Assembly: GCA_030390025.1 (NCBI GenBank)
Contig: CM059437.1
Coordinates: forward strand, 53,134,001-53,198,000
Length of the DNA stretch: 64,000 bases
Reading direction: 5' to 3'
Source of the DNA: Squalus acanthias
Lineage: Eukaryota
In this document: positions 35,670-49,661 of the stretch, in pieces
How positions within the stretch are numbered: position 1 is the first letter of the stretch
Layout of the letters: every line of letters starts with the position of its first letter
Program-made: the position numbers and the translations under genes
The notes under the pieces: model-generated
What the model was told of the DNA's origin: nothing
Seen by the model: only the letters and a program-made list of their open reading frames with translations
Databases searched by the model: none

Positions 35670-37860
35670 AAACAACAACAACTTGCAATTATATAGCGCC
35701 TTTAACGTAGTAAAACGTCAAAAGACGCTTCACAAGAGCTTATGAAACAAGATTTGACACCGAGCCACATAAGGAGAAATTAGGACAACTGACCAAAAGC
35801 TTGGTCAAAGATGATGATTTTAAAGGAGGAGAGAGAGGGGGAGTGGTTTCGGGAGGGAATTCCAGTGTTTGGGGCCTAGGCAGCTGGAGGTATGGCTGGC
35901 AGTGGTGGGGCGATGGAAATCGTGGATGCACAAGAGGCCTGAATTGGGGAGTGTAGAGATCTCGGATGATTGTAGGGCTGGAGGAGGTTACAGAGATTGG
36001 GAGGGTGAGGCCATGGAGGGATTTGGAAACAAGAATCAGAATTTTAAAATAAAGGCGTTGTCACACCGGGAGCCAATGTAAGTCAGCAAGCACAAAGGTA
36101 ATGCATGAATGGGACTTTGTGCAAGTTAGGATATGAGCAGCAGAGCTTCGGATGAGCTCAAGTATATGGATGGTGGAAGATGGGAAGCCAACCAGAAGAG
36201 CATTGGAAAAGTCAAGTAGAGTGGTAACAAAGGCAAGGATGACAGTTTAGCAGCAGATGAACTGAGGTGAGGTGGAGTCAGGCAATGTTACGGAGGTGGA
36301 AGTAGGCGGTTTTTGTGATGGAGTGGATATGTGGTCATCTCACGGTCAACTGATACACCAAGGATACGAATGGTCTGGTTTAACCTCAGACAGTTGCCAG
36401 GGAGAGTGCTGGAGTCGGTGGCTAGGGAATGGAGTTTGTGGCGGGGATCGAAGACAATCTTTTTGAGTCTGCCAAATTTTTAGTTGGAGGAAATTTCTGT
36501 TCCTCCACTACTAGATGGCGGACAAGCAGTGCGATAACTTAGAGACAGTGGAGGGGTCGAGAGAGCTGGTGGTGAGGTAGAGCTGGCTGTCATCAGTGTA
36601 CATGTGGAACCTGACATTGGCCCATATTTTCCGATGCCTACGATGTACGAGCTGTGTACACACCCTTATAATCCTCTTGACAGATCGCACGCCTGCCCTG
36701 GAGAAGGGGATCTGCGGGTGGATTTTTCCGCTTTCTGCAGAACCTCCGCCCGCTGAAATCCCTTAAAAAACTTACGCCTGCTAAAAGCTTTTACCAGCAA
36801 AAGAGTTTAAAAAGTAAAAAAAAAATCCACGCATTTATAATGTAAAAATACTTTAAAAAAAGGTAAGTTTCTTTTTAGCCCGGTAAAAAACTTGAATTAT
36901 ATTTTTCAATAAATTAAATTTTTGTTCAAAATATTTAATTTAATGTAATTTTAACTCATTTTAAAAACATCATTTTTTTTTTATTTATTTAATGTTGTAG
37001 TGTCTTTTTTCAGTGATCCCCATTCATACTTTTGACAGGTCATACCATGGACTCACATGACTCAGGTGATCCCAGGGACGCTTGCGAACTGCCTGCGCCC
37101 CTGGGATCCCTGGGCATTGGTGCATGCGCACCACGAGAGGCCCAGGAGCGGAAGAGTCCAGACCTCGGGAGCCCTCAGGTAAGGGCGTAGATTTTTTCCC
37201 GATTGGAGGCATCCGCACGCAGGATGCTTCCTATCGGAAATTACGGGCCAATTTTCGTATGATGTTGCCAAGGGGCAGCATGTGGATGAGAAATGGTAGG
37301 GAACCAAGCATAGACCTTTGGGGGACTCAAGAGGTAACGGTGCAGGCCCAGGAAAAGAAGCCATTGCAGGTGATTCTCTGGCTACCAATTGATAGATAAG
37401 AATGGAACCAGGCGAGGGCAGCTCGACGATGGAGGAGAGGTATTGGAGGAGGATGGTGTGGTCAATCATGTCAAAAACTGCAGAAAGATCGAGAACGATG
37501 AGGAGGGATAGGTTAACATGATCACAATCATATAGGCAGTAATTTATAACTTTCATAAGGTTCTGTTTCAGTACGGTGGCGGGGCGGAAACCTGATTGGA
37601 GGGATTCAAACATACATAATCGGGAAAGATGGGCACAGATTTGCGAGGTAAAAAGAGAGATTGGAGATGGGGGTGGTAGTTTGAAAGGACAGAGGGATTC
37701 AGGATGGGGTTTTTTTAAGGTGAGGGGAGTTGACGGCAGATTTGAAGGGGGGAGGACAGTAGCTGAGGAGAGGAAACTTTTAACAATGTTTAGCTAATAT
37801 GGGGGCCAGAAAGGGAAGTTTGATAGGAATAGAGACCAGGGAGCAGGAGGTGAGTCTCAT
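35670..37860 (-). mobile_element. L2 LINE fragments interrupted by a MITE
   Basis: Peptide FESLQSGFRP..LLIVLDLSAVFD, with an L2 tail near 35670-35720. Confidence 0.75.
36619..37249. mobile_element. Harbinger-type MITE
   Basis: Termini GGCCCATATTTTCCGAT...ATCGGAAATTACGGGCC around an AT-rich centre. Confidence 0.7.
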
Positions 37861-37869
37861 GAAATATGA

Positions 37870-40555
37870 TAGGGCATAGAATTGAATGGTTACAGCACAG
37901 AAGGAGGCAATTCGGCCCGTCGAGCCCATGCCAGCTCTCTACAAGAGCACTTTAGCTAGTCCCACTCCCCCGCCCTTTCCTCGTACCACTGCAAACATTT
38001 TTCCTTCAGTTATTTATGCAAGTCCCTTTTGCAAGCCACGATTGAATCTGCCTCCACCACCCTCTCAGGCAGTGCATTCCACATCATAACCATTCGCTGT
38101 GTAAAAAAGTTTTTCTTCATGTCGCTTTTGGTTCTTCTGCTAATCACCTTAAATCTGTGTCCTCTGGTTCTTGACCCTTTTGACAATGGGAACAGTTTCT
38201 CTCTATCTACTCTGTCTAAACCACTCATGATTTTGAACCACACTCCTCTCAACCTTCTCTGCTCGAGGAAGAAAAACCCCAGCTTCTCCAGTCTATCCAC
38301 ATAACTGAAGTCCCACATCCCTGGAACCATTCTTGCACATCTTTTCTGCATCCTCTCCAAAGCTTTCACATCCTTCCTAAAGTGCGTTGCCCAGAATTGG
38401 ACACAATACCCCAGTTGAGGCCGAGCCAGTGTTTTAGAAATGTTCCACATAAATTCCTTGCTTTTGTACTCTGTGACTCTATTTATGAAGCCCAGGGTCC
38501 TGTATGATTTTTAATTGCTTTCTCAAACTGCATTGCCACCTTTAACGATATGTGCACATATACCCGCAGGTCGCTCTGTTCATGCAGCCCCTTTAGAATT
38601 GTATCCTTCAGTTTATATTGCCTCTCCTCATTCTTCCTAACAGAATGCATCACTTTGCACTTTTCTGCGTTAAATTTAATCTGGCACGTGTCTGCACATT
38701 CCACCAACCTGTCTATGTCCTCTTGAAGTCTATCACTATGCTCCTCACTGTTCACTGTACTTCCAAGCTTTGTGTCATCTGCAAATTTTGAAATTCTGCC
38801 CTGTACACCCAATTCCAGGTCATTAATATATGTCAAGAAAAGCGGTGGTACTAGTACCGTCCCCTGGGGAACACCACTGCCTACCTTCCTCCAGTCCGAT
38901 AAACAGCCGTTCAACACTACTCTCTGTTTCCTGTCACTTGCACAATTTTGTATCCATACTGCCACTGTCCCTTTTATTCCATGGGCTTCAAATTTGCTGG
39001 CAAACCTATTATGTGGCACTTTATCAAACGCCTTTTGGAAGCTCATGTACACCACATCAACCGCATTACCCTCATCAACCCTCTGTTACCGCATCAAAAA
39101 TCTCAATCAATTTAGTTAAACACGATTTGCCTTTAACAAATCTGTGCTGACTTTCCTTAATTAATCCATCCTTGTCCTAATGACTGTTAATGTTGTCCCT
39201 GATTATCGTTTCTAAAAGCTTCCCCACTACGAGGTTAAACTGACTGTAGTTGCTGGGTTTATCCTTGCACCCTTTTTTGAACAAAGGTGTAACATTTGCA
39301 ATTCTCCAGTCCTCTGGCACCACTCCCGTATCTAAGGAGGATTGGAAGATTATCGCCAGTATCTCCACAATTTCCATTTTTACTTCCCTCAGCATCCTTG
39401 GATGCATCCCATCCGGTCCTGGTGACTTATCTGCTTTAAGTACAGTCGGTATTTCCAGTGCCTCCTCTTTATCAATATTTATCCTGTCCAGGATCTTAAC
39501 TACCTCCTCTTTCACGATGACTTTGGCAGCATCCTATTCCTTGGTAAAGACTGGTGCAAAGTGTTCATTTATTACCTCAGCCATGCCCTCGGCCTCCATG
39601 TGTAGGTCTCCATTTGGTCACTAATTGGCCCCACCCCTCCTCTTACTACCCGTTTATTATTTCTTTGCCTATAGAAGACTTTTGGAATACCTTTTATGTT
39701 AGCTGCCAATCTATTTGCATACTCTCTCTTTGCCCATGGTATTTCCTTTTTCACTTCCCCTCTGAACTTTCTATATTCAACCTGCTTCTCACTTGTATTC
39801 TCAACCTGACATCTGTCATTCCGCCCCTTTTTCCACTTCATCATACTCTATCTCTTTCGTCATCCAGGGAGCTCTGACTTTGGTTGCTCTAACTTACCCC
39901 TTGTGGGAATGTACCTCGATGATACCCAAACTATCTCCTCTTGAAAGGAAGCCCTTTGTTCGATTACAGATTTGCCTGCTAATTTTTGATTCCGATTTAC
40001 CCAAGCCAGATCCATTCTCAACACTCTGAAATTTGTCGTCCTCCAGTTAAGTAGTTTTACTCTAGATTGCTCCCTGTCCTTTTCCATAGCTAATCTAAAC
40101 GTTATGATACTATGATAACTGCTCCCTAAATGTTCCCCTACTGACACTTGCTCCACTTGACCCACCTCATGCCCCAGAAACAGTTACAGCAATGCCTCCT
40201 TCCGCATTCGGCTGGAAACGTACTGACCAAGAAAGTGCTCCTGAACACATTTCAGAAATTCGTCCCCCTCTCTGCCCTTTACACTATTACTATTCCAGTC
40301 TATATTAGGATAGTTGAACTCTCCCATTAACTCTACTCTATAGTTCTTACACCTCTCTGATATTTCCCAGCAAATTTGCTCCTCTATATCCTTCCCACTA
40401 GTTGGTGGCCTATAGAATACACATAGTAGTGTAATGCCACCTCTATTGTTTCTTAACTCTAACCAAATAGATTCATTCCTTGACCCCTCCAGGATATCCG
40501 CTCTCTCCAGCACTGTAATACTCTCCTTAATCAATACTGCCACCCCACATCCTTT
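37870..40555 (-). mobile_element. Degenerate CR1 ORF2
   Basis: Motifs VFYRPP, KSPGPDG, FQKAFDKV, GVPQG, FADD and LEQRRLRG. Confidence 0.9.
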
Positions 40556-41114
40556 CTTTCATGCGGGAGGATAGTAGAGCAACTAGTAAAATATGCGAGT
40601 TCAGGGGGAAGGCAGGGCGGAACCTAAGAGGAAGTTTGGCCCGGTGGGCTAGGGGAGGGCAGGGAAGCGGCAGAGGCATCTGAATGGATGGTCTCAATCT
40701 TAGTGACTAAGAAGTCAATGAGCTCCTCGCTCTTGTCGTTGAAGATGAGGGTAGAGGAGGCAGAGGAGTGTGGTTTCAGAAGACACGTAGAGTGTAGGAT
40801 GGGGCAATTTTTGTTGCTGCTCATAACGAGACAACGAAGAGTGCCTCGATAGGCTCTTCAGAGGGTGCCAAGAGAGGCACAGAGAATACCTGTAGGCTTA
40901 TCTAAAAGGCTGTCAAGGCTGGGTTGTCGGCAGGAGAGTAGCAAGTTCGTGGAGTCCTGAAGGGTTGGGTAGGCATTTGGGAGGACAGATTATCCGAGAA
41001 GGGAGGAATTAAGGAAGGCACGATGACAGGAAAAAGGGGCCTAAGAGGGGTAAACAGAAAAGATGTAAAAGGGGGAGAAAAAAGGGGAAATATAAGTGAT
41101 GGGCTCGGGACCGG

Positions 41115-42528
41115 AGCAGCAGCCCATCGACAAAAGTCAGGACAAATCCAATCCAGCCAATTACCAGCCCAGGAGTCTACTCTCAATCATCAGCAAAGTG
41201 GTGCAAGGTGTCATTGACTGTGCTACCAAGCGACACTTACTCACCAAAGACCTGCTCACTGATGCTCTGTATGGTGCTGCCAGGACCACTCTTCTCCCGA
41301 CCTCAGTACAGCCTTCGTCCAAACATGGGCAAAAAAGCTGACTTTCAGGGGTGAGGTTCGAGTGACTGGACTTACATCAAGGCAGCATTTGACCGAGTGT
41401 GGCATCAAGGAGTCCTAGTAAAATTGAAGTCAATGGGAATCAGGGGGATTGTTCTCCACTGGCTGGAGTCATATCTAGCACAAAGGAAGATGGTTGTGTT
41501 TCTTGAAGGCCAGCAGCCCCAGGAAATCGCTGCAGGAGTTCCTCAGGGCAGTGTCCTAGGCCCAACCATCTTCAGCTGCTTCATCAATTACCTTCCTTCC
41601 ATTATAACATCAGCCATGGGGATGTTCGCGGATGATTGCACAGTGTTCAGGCACAGTGTTCAGTTCCATTCACAACTCCTCAGATAATGAAGCAGTTCAT
41701 GCCCGCATTCAACAAGACCTGGACGGCATTCAGGCTTGGGCTGATAAGTGGCTAGTAACATTCGTGCCACACAAGTGCTAGGCAATGACTATCTCCAGCA
41801 AGAAAACGTCTAACCACCCCCCTTGACATTCAACGGAATTACCATCGCTGAATCCCCCACCATCAATACCCTGGGTTTCACCGTTGACCAGAAACTTAAC
41901 TGGACCATTCAAATATCTACTGTAGCTACAAGAGCAGGTCAGAGGCTGGGAATTCTGCGATGAGTGTCTCACATCCTGATTCACCAAAGACTTTCCACCA
42001 TCTACAAGGCACAAGTCAGGAGTGTGTTGGAATACTCTTCACTTGCCTGGATGAGTGCAGCTCCAACAACACTCAAGCAGCTCGACACCATCCAGGACAA
42101 AGCAGCCCACTTGATTGGCACCCAATTCACCACCTTAAACATTCACTCCCTCCACCACCACCGCACCGTGTCTACTGTGTGAACCATTTACAGGAACTTG
42201 CCAAGGCTTCTTTGACAGCACCTCCAAAACCCACGACATCTACCACCTAGAAAGACAAGGGCAGAAGACGCTTGGGAGCACCACGACCTCCATGTTATCC
42301 TCCAAGTTACACACCATCCAGACGTGGAAGTATATCGCCGTTCCTTCATCGTCGCTGGGTCAAAATCCAGGAACTCCCTCCCTAACAGCACTGTGGGAGT
42401 ACCTTCACCGCACGGACTGCAGCGGTTCAGGAAGGCAGCTCACCACCACCATCTCAATGGCAATTAGGGATGGCCAATAAATGCTAGCTTTGCCAGAGAC
42501 GCCCACATCGCGGAACGAATTTAAAAAA
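41115..42528 (+). mobile_element. RT/3' portion of the tRNA-headed CR1-group LINE
   Basis: Motifs GVPQGSVLGP, FADD and YKAQVRSVLEYS; the tail matches 3854-4217. Confidence 0.8.
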
Positions 42529-45500
42529 TCGAAGTCTGAAAGGACGCACCATCAATTAGGCTGTTTATATCGTTCGTCCATATTTAATCCCTACAGTCAG
42601 AGTTGCTCTTTTTAAGAGGGGTCAGATAACTGAATGTTGCGCTAAATATAATAAAAAAGAAAGCTCTTACACTTATATAGCACCTTCCACACCCCCGGAA
42701 ATGTTAAAGTGCTTCACAGGCAAAAAGTAGTTTAGAAATGTAATCGCTAAAGTAGGGAAATACTGCAGCCAAGTTGCCCACAGTAAGGCCCCACTAACTG
42801 CAAGGAAATAAAAAATCTATTTTTCGTCCTGTTGGCTGAGAGATAAAGATTCGCCAGGACTCCTGGAAAATCACCCTACGCTTCTTCAAGAAGTGTCCCG
42901 TGAGAGGGCAGATAGGGCATTCGTTTGACCCCATCCAAAAGACTAAGCCTCTGACAAAAGAGCACTCTCTTAGGACTGCACTGAGGCATTTGAACCCAAA
43001 ACCTCCCGGTTCAGAGGTCAGAATCCTACTACTGAACCAAGGTTGACACTAAGGGGTAGATCTTGCCTTTGTGCAATAGTGTAAAAAGGGCAATAGCAAA
43101 TCGGGAGCCAGTTTTAAGGTCTCTCAAGACTTTTATTTCAATTGCACTTAATTGAAATTAAAAAAGGAGAGATGCAAAACGGTCGGCCGACTCGCTATTG
43201 CTCGAATTACCCCTCAGTCTGTATACGTTCCTCCTTCTATTAAGGCCCTCAAACAATGATTAGTGAGCACAGACACAGACAGTGAGTTAAAGTGATGCCG
43301 TATAATTCAGCGGATGAAAGACAGCTTGCATTAAGTGTTATTCCACCGGGTTGTCAGTGGTAGAATTTAGCGATAGGAACGCCAAATTACCTGGAATTTT
43401 AGGAAGATCGGAATAAATGGCAGAAGTAAAGGATCTCCACAAAGTGAGTAATGTTTCAGCGAGAGTTTATTCGTTTTTTTCGTGATTGCTTTGATAACAG
43501 GTCGTTTCCTCATTTTATTGAGCCATTTTATCGGAGCAAGTCAAATGCCCTGTGAACACAGTGGGAGTGTGTGCTGGATTATTTCATTTACTTATAGCCT
43601 CAATGGACTCCGTCTCCACAATGACTGTGCGGTGGTCACTGCTACAAATGCTGTCATGGAGAGATGCATCTGCGACAGGTAGATTGGTGAGGACGAGGTC
43701 AAGTAGGTTTTTCCCTCGTGTTGGTTCTCTCACCACCTGTCGCAGGCCCAGACTGGCAGTTATGTCCTTCAGGACTCGGCCAGCTCGGTCAGTAGTGGTG
43801 CTACCAAGCCATTCTTGGTGATGGACATTGAAGTCCCCCAGAAGTAAATTCTGTGCCCTTGCTACTCTCAGTGCTTCTTCCAAGTGGTGTTCAACATGGA
43901 GGAGTACTAATTCATCAGCTGAGGGAGGGCAGTAGGTAGTAATCAGCAGGAGGTTTCCTTGCCCATGCTTGACCTGAAGCCATGAGACTTCATGGGGTCC
44001 TGAGTCAATGTTGAGGATTCCCAGGGCCACTCCTTTCCGAATGTAAACCACTGTTGCTTGACTGGTCTGTGGGACAGCTCTCCCAATTTTGGCACAAGTC
44101 CTCAGATGTTGGTGAGGAGGATTTTGCAGGATCGACTGGGCTGGGTGTGCTGTTGCTGTGCCCATAGCCGGTGCTGAGGTCGATGCCGGGTGGTCCATCT
44201 GGTTTCATTCTTATTACGTTTCATACCGGTTAGTTACAGCTGAGTGACTTGCTCGGCCATTACAGAGGGCAGTTAAGAGTTAACAACATTGATGTGGGCC
44301 TGGAGTCACATATAGGCCAGACGGCAGATTTACTTCACTACTTCACTAAAGGACATTAGTGAACCAGATGGATTTTTATGACAATCCGATAGTTTCATAG
44401 TTACCTTTACTGATACTAACTTTTTATTCCAGATGTATTTAATTATCTCAATTTAAATTCCCCAGCTGCCATCTCTGGATCATTAGTCCAGGCCTCCGGA
44501 TTACTAACCCAGTGACATTACCACTATGCTACCGTTACCCTCTGTGAGAGAGCATAATAGAGGAGATCACTGATGCCTTGGAAGCCCCCGATCTACTCTG
44601 TGTACGTTTTGTTGAAATTGGTCGAGACACTCACGGCAAGAATTGGATGGATAGATGTATAAAGTTGGATTGGAAAGATTGCTTTGTGGTGGCTTTTATT
44701 GCAGCATTGTGGTCAAGAGGACGCTGTGATGGTCAGTAACAGAGGGAAGGTAAGGTGTGGCACAAATGTTGAGAAGTGAATTGGGGTTGTGATCACTGGT
44801 ACCACGGGCGGATGATTCCATCTCAGTTATCCCAGCCAGAAAGGGGCTGTCTGGGTTGCATCCTTCCTTCTGCTTCCTCCTCTTCTGCTTCCTCCTCTTC
44901 TGCTTCCTCCTCTTATACTTCCTTCTCTTCTGCTTCCTCTTCTTCTGTTTCTTCCTCTTCTGCGTCTTCCTCTTCTGCATCTTTCGCTTCCCTCTGTGAG
45001 TGGATGCTATAAATCTGAAATGACATCATAAAACGCTGGAAATACTCAGCAGGTCAGACAGCATCTTGACCTGAGACGTGGACTCTGTTTCTCGCTCCAC
45101 GGATGCTGCAAGACCTGCTGAGTATTTGTAGCATTTTCTGTCTTCTCAGAGGCCTCCCTTTACAACCCGAGGCCTTGCAAGCATCCAGCAGCATGGCCTA
45201 CACACTTAAAAAAACTTTTAACATCGATTGCAGCAAGCCACTACTTCAGTAAAATCAAAAACCCCAGTCCAAAAGCTTAAATGCCAACATACCTGAAAGA
45301 TATGTGTGTCCATTTAAGAGGTGCTGTCAGCACCTCTGTTAGTCTGCTTGCTCGTTGCGTTTACCTGGTTTGTTTAGAGCCCAGCGATGAACTCAGCGCT
45401 AGGATCGAAGTTCACTGTGGTGACATTAAGTCGGCATTGCACGCCGACTGATGTCAACACACTGCCATTTTTCTTTGCAGGGTGATAACTCTTAACGGCA

Positions 45501-46019
45501 GTGCTATCGGGCCCACGAAAATGCAGGATGCCTTGGGACTGGTCATCAGCTGGTGGAACAGTGGCTGCCGCTGCTTTCTCAACATTATGCTATGCTGACA
45601 GGTGTCGAAAACCACACGAATTTCATTGCTGCCGAGTCTAAACCAGGAAGTATAAATTGGAATATTTAATTCACTAAAATAATGTACAGAATGCAAAATA
45701 AAAAAGGGAAATAAAGATAGGATTTAGAGAGAGAGAGATAAAAGAGACATAACGAAAATGTATTGGCCTAGAATTTGTAGTGGGTAGTAACAGTGAATGA
45801 ACAGCATTCGCTGTTATTACCCCTTTGAAACTGAACGCAAACTCAGGAGTTAGTGCCTGCGCATCCTAATGTGGAAATCCTGAAGTTGCAGTTAGTTATT
45901 CACTGCTCCGACACTGGCTGCGCTGTGCTCTCCACCCCTCCCCCAATCCCCCGACCCCAGAGCCAACAATAAGGGAAATCAGTGAAACTTGGACTTTTCA
46001 ATGGTAATATTAATTCCAT

Positions 46020-48650
46020 TAATAATGGAAAACAGGGAAATGGCAGAAACTTTGAACAAATATTTTGTATTGGTCTTCATGGTAGAAGACACTAAAAGCA
46101 TCCCAATAATAGTTGATAATCAGGGGGCAATAGGGAGGGAGAAACTTAAAACAATGACTATCACTAGAGTAAAAGTACTAGGCAAACTAATGGAACTACA
46201 GACTGATAAGTCCCCTGGACCTGATGGCCTACATCCTAGGGTCTTCAAAGAAGTGGCTGCAGAGATAGTGGTTGCGTTGCTTGTAATCTACCAAAATTCC
46301 CTGGATTTTGGAGAGGTCCCAGCAGATTGGAAAACCGTAAATGTAACGCCCCTATTCAAAAAAGGAGGGAGGCAAAAAGCAGGAAACTATAGGCCAGTTA
46401 GCCTAACATCTGTCATTGGGAAAATGCTGGAATCCATTATTAAGAAAGTAATAGCAGGACATTTAGAAAATCATAATACAATCAAGCAGAGTCAACACGG
46501 TTTATGAAAGGGAAATCGTGTTTGATTAATTTATTAGAGTTCTTTGAGGATGTAACGAGTAGGGTGGATAAAGGGGTACCAGTAGATGTAGTGTATCTGG
46601 ATTTCCAGAAACCATTTCATAAGATGCCACGTAAAAGGTTACTGCACAAGATAAGAGCTCACGGGGTTGGGGGTAATATATTAGCATGGATAGAGGAGTG
46701 GCTAACTAATAGAAAACAAAGAATCGGGATAAATGGGTCATTTTCCGGTTGGCAAACTGTAACTAGTGGGGTGCCACAGGGATCAGTGCAGCAGCCTCAA
46801 CTATTTACAATCTATATTAATGACTTTGATGAAGGGACCGTGTGTACTGTCACCAAATTTGCTGATATTACAAAATAGGTGGGGAAGCAAGTTTTGAGGA
46901 GGACACAAAGGGGGGAATTTTGCCAGAGCTCAGTGGGCGGATTTGGAGGTGGGGCTGCTGGTAAAATTACAAAGATTGACAGCGGGTCCCGAACCCACTG
47001 TCAGCCCGCCTCCAGACAATCTTCCCAAGTGTCGGGTCCCTGATTTGCACAGTGACCCGACACCTAGGGGCGGGAAGATGATTATAGGCAGTTTACTGCC
47101 TGTTAACAGGTAGTTAACAGGCAGTTAAGAGGCTTTTCTCAATTTTGCCAGGTCGACTGCGGGCTTCCCGACGTCCAGACACCACGCCAGGGTAAGTGTG
47201 GCGTGCTGTGAGTCTACTGTAAGATTTGTGCATTGATGACAGAAGTGGTGTGAAGGATCCAATGGTACACTGGTGAGTTTCAGAGGTAAGAAATTGTTGG
47301 GGAAATCATTTTTAATCTATTTAGACTTTTCTGTAGGTAATAAGGTTTGAAGTGTTTGTGTAGTCTCACCCCATTGGGCGAACCTCTCTCACCAGTGACA
47401 GATCGCTTCTGTAAACTCACCTGCAGCTGTCATCTGTTTTATCCGAAGGAGAGACTCTCTGGAGCGCCTGCGTGCAAGGGCTCACCTTTGTACAGTGAGT
47501 GGCAGTGTTTACGGCACCTCAATGCTGTCAAACACTGAAAAGCCATGTCAAAAAAAAATGAGCATGTCCCCTTTAAGAAAACCGGCAGTGACGCGTCATC
47601 AACTGATGTCATCTGACACCGGCTTTCTCTGAATTGGCCGGAAAACGCACAGAGCGGGCTCAACAAGGCCAATTGACGAAAAATTATGTCGGTGCGTCGG
47701 GCGTCGTTGGGGTCGGGATCAGAACCCGCAAGTCAGCTGACCCACTCCCAACTCGCACTGAATGGTAAGATCGTGCCCAAAGAGTCTGCAAAGGGATGTA
47801 AATAGGTTAATAGAGTGGGCAAAAATTTGGCAGATGGAGTATAATGTGGGAAAATGTGAGGTTATCCACTTTGGTAGGAAAAATTAAAAAGCAAATTATT
47901 ATTTAAATGGAGAGAGTCTACACAATGCTGCGGTACAGAGGTATCTGGGGGTCCTCGTACATGAAACACAAAAAGTTAGCATGCAGGTACAGCAAGTAAT
48001 TAGGAAGGCAAATGGAATGTTGGCCTTTATTGCAAGGGGGATGGTATATAAAAGTATGGAAGTCTTGCTACAACGGTACAGGGCGCTGGTGAGACCATAC
48101 CTGGAGTACTGCGTGCAGATTTGGTCTCCTTATTTAAGGAGGGTTATACTTGCATTGGATGCAGTTCAGAAAAGGTTGGCTAGGTTAATTGCTGACATAA
48201 AGGGGTTGTCTTATGAAGAAAGGTTGAGCAGGTTGGGCCTGTACTCATTGGAGTTTAGAAGAATGAAAGGTGATCTTCTTGAAACATATAAGTTTCTGAG
48301 GGGGCTTGACAGGGTAGATGCAGGGAGGATGTTTCCTCTCGTGGGGGAATCTAGAACTAGTGGGCACAGTTTCAGGATAAGGGGCCACCCATTTAAAACG
48401 GAGATGAGGAGGAATTTCTTCTCTCGGAGGGTCGTGAATCTTTGGAATTCCCTACCCCAGCGAGCTGTGGAGGTGGAGTCATTGAATATATTCAAGGCGG
48501 AGATAGACATATATTTGAGCTATAAGGGAGTCAAGGGTTATGGGGAGCGGGCGGGAAAGTGGCGTTGAGGCCAAGTTCAGATCAGCCTTGATTTTATAGA
48601 ATGGCGGGGCCGAATGGCCTACTCCTGCTCTTACTTCTTATATTCTTATG
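46020..48650 (+). mobile_element. CR1 ORF2 3' half with MITE 46910-47778 (paralog of 11152-14446)
   Basis: RT ORFs at 45989-46878 and 47981-48568. Confidence 0.9.
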
Positions 48651-49661
48651 TAATATCGCTGTTAAATACCCCATTAAAAGTTACACCTTGTTGGATTAGG
48701 TGTAACTGGGGTTTTAAAAGCATACTGACTTCTAAACATACGTTATGGCCCATAAAAACTTTTTTCTCTATTATATTAAAAATTACAATTTTTAAGAAAC
48801 TTTAAAAACGTTATATTTTTCAAAGTTTGCTTATATTTATTTCAGGTATACCTTTTTCCCATGTGAGAGCCCCAATCTGTGCTTTACACGCTGTAACATT
48901 TTTTAATAATCAGGATAAAAGGAGCTTCTTCCTGGTTCCCTGTCTGTGAGAATTCTGCCTTGTGAGTGGCTGCTTAGAGAGCTTGTTGACGTCACAGCAG
49001 CTGGCCTTAGGAATTCCTCACTATACTGCACTGATCTCAATTGCAAGCCGAAAAAGCCAAAGTTCTCGCAACAGAGATTGCGTGATCTTTGTGAGCAGCT
49101 TTCTTCGGGTCCAATGCGGAATGACTTTGCTTCACCTCTGACCACAAATTATGGGGCAGATTTTTTTTAATATGTAAGAAATCTCCAACAATAATTAAAA
49201 TCTGAAGGAATGAGATGTCACACTTGTAAAATTAAATTTTCAGTGCTAGGGAGGTTGTTTAGCAGTATCACACAATTAAAAAAAACACTTATAAATGAAT
49301 GCCCCAGTCCTAATATTTTCTGGCGTGCTTAGTGGGAAAGTGCAGCAGCTTCACGCCCTCACATGGATTTCAATGCCGAGTCTATCGGCGAGGTACCGTT
49401 GTAGCAAAGCTTGAAGAGAAGCAGGGCATATTCGACAGCAACTGCCGGATTTGCACTTTTAATTGCGTTTTTGCGGACTCCAGAAGTTGCTGGCCAGTTT
49501 ACTCCATAATAGCGGTGAGCGCTGTCAGCCTCACTGTTATTCTTAACACAAAATCCGGGCTATTGCGTATAAGCTGGACTTAAAGCATAGAATGTTACAA
49601 CGTCACTCGCAGCGGGACTGGACACACTCAGGTGATTGCAAGGCACATCGAGTTTGATCAC